From Anaerovoracaceae bacterium (GTDB taxonomy: Bacteria > Bacillota > Clostridia > Peptostreptococcales > Anaerovoracaceae): a stretch of 64,000 nucleotides of DNA. The notes beneath the pieces are model-generated. The model saw only the letters and a list, made by a program, of their open reading frames with translations, was not told where the DNA came from and did not search any database. Positions 26,695-35,774 of the stretch are shown in pieces; position 1 is the first letter of the stretch, and the number at the start of each line of letters is the position of its first letter. The DNA lies in NCBI GenBank assembly GCA_041859095.1, contig JBHEKY010000006.1, positions 7,838 through 71,837 on the forward strand, in the 5' to 3' direction. The translations under genes were made by a program, and so were the position numbers.

Positions 26695-28062
26695 TTATTT
26701 TTTGGCGTTGGCGTACTCTTTCACAGTATTGACAAATTCTTCTCTGTCGGGGATGATGGAAACCCATTTGATGTCACCGTCCACACACATGGTGGGCAGA
26801 TTGGTCAGGCCCATCTTGGCGGTTCTTGCAATGTCTTCTTTGATGAAGTATTTATACACTCTGTACTCTGCAATGTCTTTGATTTGGTCAAAGGCATCCA
26901 CCACACTGTTCAACATGTAAGTACACGCCGCACACTGATCGGGATCCAGCAAGAATAATTCAATGATTACTTTTTCTTCGTTGGCATAGTCCGGAATTTC
27001 CACTTCGATGTCGAAGCTAGTTGCGGTTTGGTAATTCTTGATCATTTCTCTGGTGCGATCAGGGTTCTTTGTGGCTTGGGCACAGGCAATGGTGTTTTCA
27101 ATGGGAGTGGCATAAGGCATATCACAGCCCGGGCTGACGATAAAATTCTTCATGCTTCCCACGCTGTCAATTAGGTCAATGACACCCTTCATGTTGTCTT
27201 CCTGGGTTCCATGAAGCATGGTAGTGGTTAGGGGAATGTTTCCGCCAATGCAGATGTTGTAACGGTCGGTTACTTCCTTCGCAAGAGGAAGGTTCACGTT
27301 TTCATCCACAGAGATGCCATCCGGATTCATTTTGCACATGACTTCGATTTGTTGAGTCGCATTACCACAGACAAAGAAGCTGGAGTAAGCGCCCTTCATG
27401 CGGATGAAGTCAAACACTGCGGTGAAGCTTTCTGACATCATCTTTTCAATATGCTTTGGCGAAACCTGGCTAATCAACGGGTCTACCACCGCGATGACAT
27501 CCATACCGGCTTCTATGTACATCTCTGACATTTTGCAGGCAATCTGAGAACAGTAACCAATCAAATCCTTTACATACTCGGGATCTTTCATCATATCCAT
27601 GAAGATATTGCTGCCACGCAGATGGGAAGCCAGAGTGAACGGTCCGCAGATTAGTCCGTAAAGAGCAATGTCTTCGCCAACGGCTTCTTTCGTCTTTCTC
27701 ATGGCATCCAAAATAGCCGGAATTCTACCGGAAGTTTCATCTGGAATCATACATTCGCATGGAATGGTTTTATCAGAAGCCAGGGGATGGCTTTTTACTG
27801 AAGGAGGATTTTCTTTGGCCCACATCAAGTCACACCCAAGAATTTCCGCTTCAACCTGTAAGTCGAAAATAACGGGCATCCCATCAGGCATGTAAAGTTT
27901 GGCGACTTCTTTGAGAGAGGCTACAATTTTGTCGGCATCTTGTAACATTTCCTCCGCATTGTATCCTTTTAGTTTGCCTGCATGGACGCCGGCAAAGGGA
28001 ACCCACGGGTACTCGGTTAATTCCTCATGTCGTAGCGCTTTAAATATCAGTTCCTTACTCAT
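26695..28062 (-). CDS. URO-D family (MtaA/MtbA/CmuA-like) methyltransferase fused to a C-terminal thioredoxin-like CxxC domain
   Basis: Residues ~1-345 show URO-D/MT2-like segments (PWVPFAGVHAG, GPFTLASHL, VCGN, SPGCDMP). Residues ~365-455 form a small thioredoxin-fold-like module with CAAC. GGAGGA lies 5 nt upstream of the ATG. Confidence 0.75.
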   Translation of the reverse strand: MSKELIFKALRHEELTEYPWVPFAGVHAGKLKGYNAEEMLQDADKIVASLKEVAKLYMPDGMPVIFDLQVEAEILGCDLMWAKENPPSVKSHPLASDKTIPCECMIPDETSGRIPAILDAMRKTKEAVGEDIALYGLICGPFTLASHLRGSNIFMDMMKDPEYVKDLIGYCSQIACKMSEMYIEAGMDVIAVVDPLISQVSPKHIEKMMSESFTAVFDFIRMKGAYSSFFVCGNATQQIEVMCKMNPDGISVDENVNLPLAKEVTDRYNICIGGNIPLTTTMLHGTQEDNMKGVIDLIDSVGSMKNFIVSPGCDMPYATPIENTIACAQATKNPDRTREMIKNYQTATSFDIEVEIPDYANEEKVIIELFLLDPDQCAACTYMLNSVVDAFDQIKDIAEYRVYKYFIKEDIARTAKMGLTNLPTMCVDGDIKWVSIIPDREEFVNTVKEYANAKK

Positions 28063-28122
28063 CTGTTTCCTCCATTTGTTATTTTTATTTTGATTGCTCT
28101 GCTCTTGTCCTTTGATATTCCC

Positions 28123-28150
28123 ATTATATCTCGGTCCGTGTTCTTCTGTA
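28123..28150 (-). promoter_or_regulatory. Candidate activator-dependent promoter of the methyltransferase-pyl operon
   Basis: On the minus strand, TATAAT (28128-28123) is paired with a poor -35 (TACAGA, 28150-28145) across a 16-nt spacer, about 60 nt upstream of ATG 28062. It faces the divergent PocR/AraC gene. Confidence 0.3.
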
Positions 28151-28277
28151 TTTTAGTTTTTTTGGTACATTTGGTATTATTATTCGCCATATGGGGGTTA
28201 TGTTTGCACATTAAGAAAATATATACTATAATCATATAAATTATGTTTTACTTTATAGTATTTTTTTGAGGTATTTT

Positions 28278-29597
28278 ATGAATAAGAAACCCTTGTCCGC
28301 TTCCTATCCCATTGGGATGTCCCGGGAAATAGAAAGTTCCATGCTATCCTTTTGCAGCATCACCGGTCTGCCGGTGACCTACTATGACGCTCAGGGACAA
28401 GTCCGGATGGAATACGGTTCTCAGTATAAAATATGCAAATTTCTCAGAGTGTATAACAAGGAAGGCACAACCTGCCGACAGCACTTGATGTCAGCCATCC
28501 GAACCGCCGCCAGTTTAGGGGAGCCCTATTTTTTTGTATGCGCCTCAGGTTTCGTAAACATCGCGATTCCCTTGATTCAAGATGGCAAAAACTACGGTTG
28601 CTTCATCGCGGGTCCAATCATCATGGAAAAATTCAGCCATCGCACCATTGCGAAGCTATTGTCCATGAACATGACTCCCGAGAATACCTCTCAGGAGACT
28701 GACCACAATGCAGATTTCCTGTCTCGGGTTATTTCCATACTCCGAGAAATGTATATTTACACTTCCAAACAGGTGGCGCATCTGGCAACCTTGCTGAATA
28801 ATTCTGTTGTCGCCAATTTGGTGGACAAAACCGATTATGACAAAGTTAATGCAAAATATCTGGAGCAGGTTCAAATTGGAGATGATATTCGGGGGTTGAA
28901 GCGAAGTGGGAAAGAAACCGGCTATCCGGTCAGCCAGGAGCACAACCTGATTGCGCAGGTTCGTGGTGGAAAGACGGCAGAAGCCAAAGAGGCGATGACT
29001 GCATACCTGAATGGCATCCTACTCTACGAGGCCGGGAACCTGGATTTCGTCAAGGTCCATCTCATTGAGCTGTGTGCCTTAATATCCCGGGAAGGTCCGG
29101 ACAGGCATATGGAAAACGAGGAATCCATTCGGGATAGCTTTGCCTACATCGAATCTCTGAACAAAATTGATAACATTCAAGATTTAAAGGAATGGTCCGA
29201 GGGGCTAGTAACTCATTTCACCACAAGGACCGGTCTATTAAGTTATCGCGGAAATTCCCAGTTAGTGCTTCAAGTACTGCGTCTCATCGCAAAGGACGAC
29301 AAGTATCAATTAACCCTTGCCGCCACCGCCACTGAACTACATGTCAATCCCTCTTATCTATCAGGTCATTTCAAGCGGGAAACTGGCATGGGGTTTTCAG
29401 AGTTTGTGAACGAACAAAAGATTAGCAAAAGCAAAGAACTGCTCGAAAAAACAAATCTGCGACTTTTGGAAATCGCAGATTTGTGTGGTTTTGAAGATCA
29501 AAGTTATTATACAAAGGTTTTCAGTAAACGGGTGGGCATGTCGCCCAGAGAATACCGAAATACTATTTGTAGGTCACTTTCGAATTCTGATCAATAA
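28278..29597 (+). CDS. PocR sensory domain + AraC-family HTH transcriptional regulator
   Basis: The N-terminus is PocR-like (C..F........C......A..LGEPYFFVCASGFVNIAIPLI.DG...G). The C-terminus carries an AraC double HTH (LTLAATATELHVNPSYLSGHFKRETGMGFSEFVNEQKI..SKELL...LRLLEIADLCGFEDQSYYTKVFSKRVGMSPREYR). The start is ATG 28278. Confidence 0.8.
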   Translation: MNKKPLSASYPIGMSREIESSMLSFCSITGLPVTYYDAQGQVRMEYGSQYKICKFLRVYNKEGTTCRQHLMSAIRTAASLGEPYFFVCASGFVNIAIPLIQDGKNYGCFIAGPIIMEKFSHRTIAKLLSMNMTPENTSQETDHNADFLSRVISILREMYIYTSKQVAHLATLLNNSVVANLVDKTDYDKVNAKYLEQVQIGDDIRGLKRSGKETGYPVSQEHNLIAQVRGGKTAEAKEAMTAYLNGILLYEAGNLDFVKVHLIELCALISREGPDRHMENEESIRDSFAYIESLNKIDNIQDLKEWSEGLVTHFTTRTGLLSYRGNSQLVLQVLRLIAKDDKYQLTLAATATELHVNPSYLSGHFKRETGMGFSEFVNEQKISKSKELLEKTNLRLLEIADLCGFEDQSYYTKVFSKRVGMSPREYRNTICRSLSNSDQ

Positions 29598-30672
29598 CAT
29601 GTACCCAAGTTTTTCCGCGGGTTAAGACGAATTCATTGCCTTCAGTGTCGGTGAAAATAGTTGGTGAATCAAGGTCCGCCCTGTCCCAAGTTCCTTCCAC
29701 GATATTACCCCCGGTGAACAGCAAAGCCTTGCCACCTGCAGTCATATTGATGCCCAGTGTTTTGCCACCGGCATATAATATACTACTTTTGACATATTGA
29801 ATCAAAATGTTTGATTGGGTGATGGGCAAATCGTTTTCGGCATCGATATATAACTCTCCATCAACATAACGTTCATATAAGTTTTTTTCTTGGATGTATT
29901 TATATTCCACCAGTGTATAGGGATTATTCACGGTGATGGAGGCTACAGCGGGCACAATCGGATCTTCCCCATCCTCTTTATCTTTATCTGTATCTGCTTT
30001 CTCTTCAGGAGCAAACGTAAAGGTACGAAGCTCTTGCACCTCATCCAACGAACGCTTCTTTATTACTTCCCATAGGTCAGCATAATTCAGCATTGAATTA
30101 TGGGGTGCGTTACGGGTCTTGGAGCGCCAGAAGAGGCTGTCATTCGTGCTGGTGGATACGTTGTCCACCACACCGGTTTTCAGATAAGCAACACCCTCGA
30201 CACTGCCTCCATGATTAACAAATATTGCGTTGTATTCTCTGGCGACATCAATAAAATATGGCCTTGCACTTCGGATAGGTCCCACCACATCAGGCGTCTC
30301 TCCGTAGAAGAGTACCTGTAGACGTGTCAAACCACCTTCCGCAGGCATCTCATAAATAATATCCGCTTTTGACAGACCGGATTGTGGAATACAATCCACG
30401 TTGTCAATGGAAAACTGAACCACCCTGTTTGGCAAAGTCTCAGCACGAAGTCCGGTTAGTGGATTAATCGGTCGATTATCTACCGGTTCGGGCTTCAAAG
30501 GATTTGGCAAATCTTCTGCAATGCCAGATGCATATATCCCAACTGCAGTGGCCACCAATAACAGAAGGATAATCCCGATTGCTATCGGGGTTTTACTCTT
30601 TTTTTTGCTTTTTTTCCTGTTTTGTCTCATGCTATCTTGTTGCATCGTTTCTCTCCCCTTACAGTACTTCAT
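29563..30672 (-). CDS. DUF3048 (YerB-like) secreted/anchored protein
   Basis: A basic N-terminus plus TM segment, then NPLTGL...PV.VQFSIDN...QSGLSKADIIYEMPAEGGLTRL.VLF, typical of DUF3048. The 3' end overlaps the convergent AraC gene by 35 nt. The true start may be an internal ATG. Confidence 0.65.
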   Translation of the reverse strand: MKYCKGRETMQQDSMRQNRKKSKKKSKTPIAIGIILLLLVATAVGIYASGIAEDLPNPLKPEPVDNRPINPLTGLRAETLPNRVVQFSIDNVDCIPQSGLSKADIIYEMPAEGGLTRLQVLFYGETPDVVGPIRSARPYFIDVAREYNAIFVNHGGSVEGVAYLKTGVVDNVSTSTNDSLFWRSKTRNAPHNSMLNYADLWEVIKKRSLDEVQELRTFTFAPEEKADTDKDKEDGEDPIVPAVASITVNNPYTLVEYKYIQEKNLYERYVDGELYIDAENDLPITQSNILIQYVKSSILYAGGKTLGINMTAGGKALLFTGGNIVEGTWDRADLDSPTIFTDTEGNEFVLTRGKTWVHVIDQNSKVTYK

Positions 30673-31216
30673 TTATACATTTGGCAATCCACGCCTGACC
30701 CTCAACCGTAGGGTGAAGTCCATCGTGGTATTTTTCAAATCCCTTGTATTTTAACTCCAAATCCACCAAGGCGCAACCCTTTCCCTCGCAGAGGTTTCGA
30801 ATTAGGTTGGAAAGCTCGGATAATTTTTTGTTTACGCTCTGGTAGTCAACCGCCTTGCCTGCCATCCATTCCTGGGCAGTTTGGCCTGGATTGCACTGCA
30901 ACGGAGTCAGAAGAACCACTTCGACGCCGTTCTCCTGTGACAAATCGACCATTTTCTCAATGTTTTCTATGGCTTCCTGCGGGCTTGCGGTTTTATAGAT
31001 AAAATCGTTAGCACCGGTGAGAATCAGGACTTTGTCGGGTCGATGCGCTAATACATCCTTTGGGAAGCGTTGGAGGACCATGGCTGTCGTATCCCCGTTC
31101 ACACCTTTATTAATGATTTGCCACCCGGTTTTCTCCCGAAGTATGGAAGGGAAGCTTTGTCCCTGCCTATGGGGGAATCCTTTGACAATGCTGTTGCCGA
31201 TACAAACAACTTTCAT
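30659..31216 (-). CDS. SGNH/GDSL-family hydrolase
   Basis: Block I GNSIVKG (catalytic Ser), block III GANDF, and a C-terminal DGLHP block V. 185 aa. Confidence 0.75.
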   Translation of the reverse strand: MKVVCIGNSIVKGFPHRQGQSFPSILREKTGWQIINKGVNGDTTAMVLQRFPKDVLAHRPDKVLILTGANDFIYKTASPQEAIENIEKMVDLSQENGVEVVLLTPLQCNPGQTAQEWMAGKAVDYQSVNKKLSELSNLIRNLCEGKGCALVDLELKYKGFEKYHDGLHPTVEGQAWIAKCINEVL

Positions 31217-31292
31217 GGCTGTTTCTCCTCTGTCTGTGATATAATAACTCCTATCATTATACCCTCTTTTTTTTAGAATGGAAGGATAACAA

Positions 31293-31550
31293 ATGCGTCA
31301 CACCATGGTCCCCCGCGGCGTTTGTCCCATGAAGGTTGAATTCGATCTGGATGGACAAATTGTAACAAATGTAAAATTCATTGGAGGCTGCAACGGCAAC
31401 CTGAAAGCGATTGCGATTTTAGTCGATGGTATGACCGTTGATCAGATTAATCAAAAACTCGGTGGAAATACGTGTGGCCGCAAGTCCACTTCTTGTACCG
31501 ACCAATTAGCAATTGCAGTCAATAAAGCCATGGCAGATGAGAAGGAATAG
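31293..31550 (+). CDS. TSCPD-domain small protein (TIGR03905-like)
   Basis: 85 aa. KGVCP..V.FDLDG..V.NV.F.GGCNGNLKAI..LV.GM.V......L.GN.CG.K.TSC.DQLA matches my recollection of this family. The stop is TAG. Confidence 0.65.
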   Translation: MRHTMVPRGVCPMKVEFDLDGQIVTNVKFIGGCNGNLKAIAILVDGMTVDQINQKLGGNTCGRKSTSCTDQLAIAVNKAMADEKE

Positions 31551-31562
31551 GCTGGGAGAAAA

Positions 31563-32735
31563 ATGAATCACTTGCTGATTAAGCTTTTTATCAAAAATCA
31601 TGAAGATATCGAAAACCCTGATGTCCGTTTGCGTTATGGCAAATTGGCAGGTGCTGTAGGCATCGCCACCAATCTAGTTCTTTGCGTGGTAAAGGTCATC
31701 ATCGGCCTAATTTCCGGAAGCATCGCCATCATCGCAGACGGTGTCAATAATTTGTCCGACACCTCCTCCTCGTTAATTACGCTAATCGGATTTCGCTTAT
31801 CGTCCCAACCGGAAGATGAAGCCCATCCGTATGGCCACGCACGAATGGAATATCTGGCTGGCCTGATCGTCTCCGTATTGATTATCGTTGTCGGTGTTTT
31901 TCTCATGCAGTCCTCCATCGATAAAATTTTACATCCCGTAGACATCGTTGTGGATGTCGTAACCTTGACTGTCCTTGCACTTTCAATGGTGATTAAGTTA
32001 TGGCAGACTTTTTTCAATAAGAAAATAGGCAAAATTATCAATTCTGTCACATTGATGGCCACAGCTACAGATAGTCGTAATGATGTAATCACCACCGGCG
32101 TGATCCTGATCGGTGTCGCCATCGTAAGATTTTCCGGCATCCAGTTGGATGGTTGGTTGGGTTGCTTCGTTGCCTTATTTATTATTTGGTCCGGCATCCA
32201 ATTGATTCGCCAAACGTCAAGCCCCCTGTTGGGCGAGGCACCGGATCAGCATCTCATTGACGAAATCGTTCGAATTACTCATTCCAACCCCAACGTTTTA
32301 GGCATTCATGATTTGGCTGTCCATAATTATGGCCCCGGTAAAATCTTCGCTTCCATTCATATCGAGGTGGATGCGGATGGCGATTTGATGCAAAGCCATG
32401 ACATGGTGGATAATATCGAATTTGAAATACGTAGAGTCCTGAACATTCACTGCGTTGCACATATGGATCCGGTTCGGCTCAATGATCCAATTGTATGTCA
32501 GGTCAAGGAGCCGATTCAACGGGTGATTGAAGCGCTAGATGACGTGACGGAAGTCCACGATCTTCGGGTGGTTCCCGGGCATACTCATACCAATATCATC
32601 TTTGATGCGGTACTTGCTCCAAAATGTAAATTTTCAGAACCGGAACTGCAACAGATTTTTGAAGATGCCATCCACCTTGTTAATCCAACGTATCATGTCT
32701 CCGTTGTATTTGACCGTGCGTACACACACCTATAA
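31563..32735 (+). CDS. Cation diffusion facilitator (CDF) family metal efflux transporter
   Basis: Six TM segments with IIADGVNNLSD and HPYGHARMEY motifs, plus a C-terminal cytoplasmic domain (HDL.VH.YGPG). Confidence 0.85.
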   Translation: MNHLLIKLFIKNHEDIENPDVRLRYGKLAGAVGIATNLVLCVVKVIIGLISGSIAIIADGVNNLSDTSSSLITLIGFRLSSQPEDEAHPYGHARMEYLAGLIVSVLIIVVGVFLMQSSIDKILHPVDIVVDVVTLTVLALSMVIKLWQTFFNKKIGKIINSVTLMATATDSRNDVITTGVILIGVAIVRFSGIQLDGWLGCFVALFIIWSGIQLIRQTSSPLLGEAPDQHLIDEIVRITHSNPNVLGIHDLAVHNYGPGKIFASIHIEVDADGDLMQSHDMVDNIEFEIRRVLNIHCVAHMDPVRLNDPIVCQVKEPIQRVIEALDDVTEVHDLRVVPGHTHTNIIFDAVLAPKCKFSEPELQQIFEDAIHLVNPTYHVSVVFDRAYTHL

Positions 32736-32780
32736 AAATATCCATGGCTACGATGCGCTTCCCCTGCATAACTGTCAATA

Positions 32781-32810
32781 AAAACCCCCGCAAATTTTGC
32801 GGGGGTTTCG
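32781..32810. terminator. Bidirectional rho-independent terminator
   Basis: AAAACCCCCGCAAA-TTTTGCGGGGGTTT is a GC-rich palindrome flanked by A and T runs, between the convergent CDF and lipoprotein genes. Confidence 0.6.
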
Positions 32811-32834
32811 TTTACCGTTCATGACAAATTTCAT

Positions 32835-33509
32835 TTACATGTTGAGGAAAAATTCGGTTTCGTCCACCAATTCATAGCCGGAAGGCATTTCCATCAATCC
32901 GTCGGGAATATCCTTGGTTAGTTCATTAATAACCATGGTGGATCCAACTCCGCCAGCTTTCACTTCGATGGCGTAAAGGTTGTCACCCTTAAAGTAGTAG
33001 CGCACTACCGCATCTTCTGAACCAGTACCTATCTTGAACTCCTCATAGTCGTACGATTTGTCGTCAATACCTGCCAAGTCGCTGATTACGCCATTGCCGT
33101 CGTCGCCGAATTCAATACCGCTATAATCGAAAATGCCGTTATCCACCGGATCTGTGGTACCCTCGCCTTCAATCATCATATAAACCTTACTCTCGTCATT
33201 CATATAGTACATTTTGCCATCTAATGTCAGCATTCGGACTGGGAATCCGATTCCAGATACTTCGACACTACTGTCAGCCCCATCCACCGCCATTTTCATT
33301 GATGTTTCAATGCCGGCAACAAAGGCGGAACAATCCAGGTAGTAGGTGCCGGACTCCATGATTTCTACAAATTCTCCGGATTTATAATTATCAAATTTTC
33401 CACCTTCATCGGTTCCCGGTGTGTTGTCTTCGTCCTCGGCGCCCCCACCGCACGCTGTCAGGGTTGCCAGAAGCAATACCACCAACAGTATCCATAGTTT
33501 TTTCTTCAT
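32835..33509 (-). CDS. Predicted lipoprotein of unknown function
   Basis: Signal peptide MKKKLWILLVVLLLATLTAC with a lipobox (LTAC). The mature part is acidic. Confidence 0.6.
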   Translation of the reverse strand: MKKKLWILLVVLLLATLTACGGGAEDEDNTPGTDEGGKFDNYKSGEFVEIMESGTYYLDCSAFVAGIETSMKMAVDGADSSVEVSGIGFPVRMLTLDGKMYYMNDESKVYMMIEGEGTTDPVDNGIFDYSGIEFGDDGNGVISDLAGIDDKSYDYEEFKIGTGSEDAVVRYYFKGDNLYAIEVKAGGVGSTMVINELTKDIPDGLMEMPSGYELVDETEFFLNM

Positions 33510-33634
33510 CTTCTCATCCTCCTCTTGGACATATGGGTTAACATGCTAAAATTATACCACATTTTCTGCCTGTTTGTGCTATGCTATATTTAGAAAAACA
33601 GACCAACTCCTATGTATGCGAAAGGAACGGACTG

Positions 33635-34369
33635 ATGGAAAATTATATCAGTATACGGAACATCAACAAGAGCTTTGGGAAAAAGCAGGTGCTTTTCAAT
33701 GTTTCTTTGGATGTCCCAAAAGGCTGCATTTTTGGGTTACTCGGCCCTTCTGGTTGTGGAAAAACTACCACTGTGCGGATTATGGCTGGCATTTTGGGGG
33801 CAGATTCGGGTGAAACATATATTTTAGACGAAAAAATGCCCAATCTAAAGCTTATGAGCAAAATCGGTTACATGGCTCAGGCGGATGCCTTATATGGCAT
33901 GCTCTCAGGCTATGAAAATCTTCAGTTTTTTGGAGAGGTCTATGGCATGAAGCGCAAAGAGTTGAAAGCCCGAATTGACTATGTCATGGGTCTGGTCAAC
34001 CTGACTGACGACCTTCATAAGCCTGTCAACGCGTACTCAGGGGGTATGAAACGTCGCCTCTCCCTGGCCATTGCCCTGTTACCAAATCCGAAAGTCTTGA
34101 TTCTGGATGAACCCACTGTCGGAATCGATCCCCTGCTTCGTCAAGATGTATGGGATGAATTGTATGGTCTGGCTAGCAAAGGCGTCAGCCTGATTGTAAC
34201 CACCCACGTCATGGACGAAGCCATCAAATGCCAACGGATTTCGATGATGCGGGATGGCAGACTCCTTGCTACCGGTACTCCGAAGGAAATTATGGCAAAA
34301 ACCCATACCGCCGACCTCGAAGAGGCTTTTATCAAAATGGGACGGGAGGGAATCACATATGAGAATTAA
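33635..34369 (+). CDS. ABC transporter ATP-binding protein (ABC-2 subfamily)
   Basis: Walker A GPSGCGKTT, signature YSGGMKRRL, Walker B LILDEPT. The start is ATG 33635; the track ORF is N-extended. Confidence 0.85.
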   Translation: MENYISIRNINKSFGKKQVLFNVSLDVPKGCIFGLLGPSGCGKTTTVRIMAGILGADSGETYILDEKMPNLKLMSKIGYMAQADALYGMLSGYENLQFFGEVYGMKRKELKARIDYVMGLVNLTDDLHKPVNAYSGGMKRRLSLAIALLPNPKVLILDEPTVGIDPLLRQDVWDELYGLASKGVSLIVTTHVMDEAIKCQRISMMRDGRLLATGTPKEIMAKTHTADLEEAFIKMGREGITYEN

Positions 34370-35474
34370 AGCACTGGCCTTTCGGATTTTGAATCAAATC
34401 CGCCACGACAAACGAACGCTAGGGTTAATCTTGATTGCGCCACTTCTGATTTTGACCGTCATCTATTTTATATTTAACACTTCCGGCAGTACTTTTACGA
34501 TTGGTGTCGTGGACGTTCCACAAACGGTTGTAGAACGTATTACCGACAACGAAGATCTAACCATTACTGTCAATGAATATACCGCCGCGAAGGCAAGAGA
34601 TGCAGTCAATGACGAAGACGCCATTGCAGTGTTGGACATGAGCGGAAAGACCCCGATAATCTATCTGGATGCCAGCGATGCGGCAAGTGCCACTAAAATC
34701 ACCGGTCTTTTGAAGAGCGTGGTCATGCTGGATAGCATCAGCACAATCCGAGATGCCTTGAATAATTTGAAAGACATACTCCCTCCTGCACTGTTGGGCT
34801 CTGTCACATTACCGGAACTGCCGGATATTGAATCCGCCACCGATAGCTGGGAAGTGGATTATGTTTATGGAAGTGCCGACAGTACTTTTTTTGACAATTT
34901 CGGTGCGCCTATGGTTGGAATCATTGTGTTTTTTCTGACCTTCCTCATCGCTGGAATTAACTTTCTATCGGAGCGAACATCCGGAACCCTTGAGAAGCTG
35001 CTTTCCACGCCTATCAAGCGGGGAGAAATCATCGCCGGATACACCCTGGGATTTGGTCTCTTGGCTGTGGTCCAATCCTTGCTTGTCACCCTTTTTGTTG
35101 TCTATGTCCTGGGGATGCAAGTGGTGGGCAGCATCTGGCTTGTCATCTTAATTAATTTACTGACAGCTGTCACGGCTCTAACTCTTGGCATCTTGCTTTC
35201 TACCCTGGCCAACAGTGAATTTCAGATGATCCAGTTTATTCCCATTGTCATACTTCCTCAGATTTTCCTCTGCGGCTTGTTTGACCTTTCCGGCGGTTGG
35301 GTCATTGTTAGCTACTTTATGCCGCTGTACTATACAACCGATGCCCTGGCAGAAGTCATTCTAAGAGGACACGGCTTGGGATTTATTTATCTGGATCTGC
35401 TTGTTCTGTCTGGCCTTTCATTTATCTTTGTGATGGTGAACACTTTGATGCTCAAGCGGCATCGGGGGGTCTAA
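34359..35474 (+). CDS. ABC-2 type transporter permease
   Basis: An N-terminal TM segment, a large extracytoplasmic loop and a C-terminal 5-TM ABC-2 membrane domain. Overlaps the ATPase gene by 11 nt. The start is ATG 34359. Confidence 0.8.
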   Translation: MRIKALAFRILNQIRHDKRTLGLILIAPLLILTVIYFIFNTSGSTFTIGVVDVPQTVVERITDNEDLTITVNEYTAAKARDAVNDEDAIAVLDMSGKTPIIYLDASDAASATKITGLLKSVVMLDSISTIRDALNNLKDILPPALLGSVTLPELPDIESATDSWEVDYVYGSADSTFFDNFGAPMVGIIVFFLTFLIAGINFLSERTSGTLEKLLSTPIKRGEIIAGYTLGFGLLAVVQSLLVTLFVVYVLGMQVVGSIWLVILINLLTAVTALTLGILLSTLANSEFQMIQFIPIVILPQIFLCGLFDLSGGWVIVSYFMPLYYTTDALAEVILRGHGLGFIYLDLLVLSGLSFIFVMVNTLMLKRHRGV

Positions 35475-35711
35475 ATGCATTTTGTTTATATCATCAAGTG
35501 CAAAGACGGAACCCTATATACAGGGTGGACCACAGATGTGGATGCTAGACTCTATGCCCACAACCAAGGTCTTGGCGCCAAATACACCAAAGGCCGTGGA
35601 CCGGTTTCTCTCCTCTATACGGAGTCCTTCGAAACCAAACCCGACGCGCTCCGCCGGGAGATGGCCATCAAAAAACTTTCCCGAGCCGGGAAATTGAGCT
35701 TAATCCGCTAA
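35475..35711 (+). CDS. GIY-YIG nuclease family protein (UPF0213-like)
   Basis: HFVYIIKCKDGTLYTGWTTDVDARL..HN...GAKYTKGRGPV.L matches the GIY-YIG motif. 78 aa. The ATG abuts the upstream TAA. Confidence 0.8.
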   Translation: MHFVYIIKCKDGTLYTGWTTDVDARLYAHNQGLGAKYTKGRGPVSLLYTESFETKPDALRREMAIKKLSRAGKLSLIR

Positions 35712-35715
35712 AATC

Positions 35716-35750
35716 AAAAGCATCGTTTCCTATGAAACGATGCTTTTTTT
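35716..35750. terminator. Bidirectional rho-independent terminator
   Basis: GCATCGTTTC-ctat-GAAACGATGC forms a 10-bp stem followed by T7 and preceded by an A run, between the convergent GIY-YIG and orr genes. Confidence 0.65.
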
Positions 35751-35774
35751 ATGGATATGGCAAAATGGAAATGC

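Noticed and set aside
28163-28178. TGGTACATTTGGTATT in the methyltransferase/AraC divergent region resembles a sigma-54 -24/-12 element.
   Set aside because: The -12 region lacks the conserved GC (TTGC), the orientation would drive the AraC gene, and no enhancer-binding protein is linked.
31548-31565. The TSCPD gene ends at TAG, followed by GCT GGG AGA AAA and then, in frame, the ATG of the CDF transporter.
   Set aside because: The 12-nt spacer simply accommodates the SD (GGGAGA). The in-frame arrangement is expected by chance, and there is no functional rationale for a fusion.
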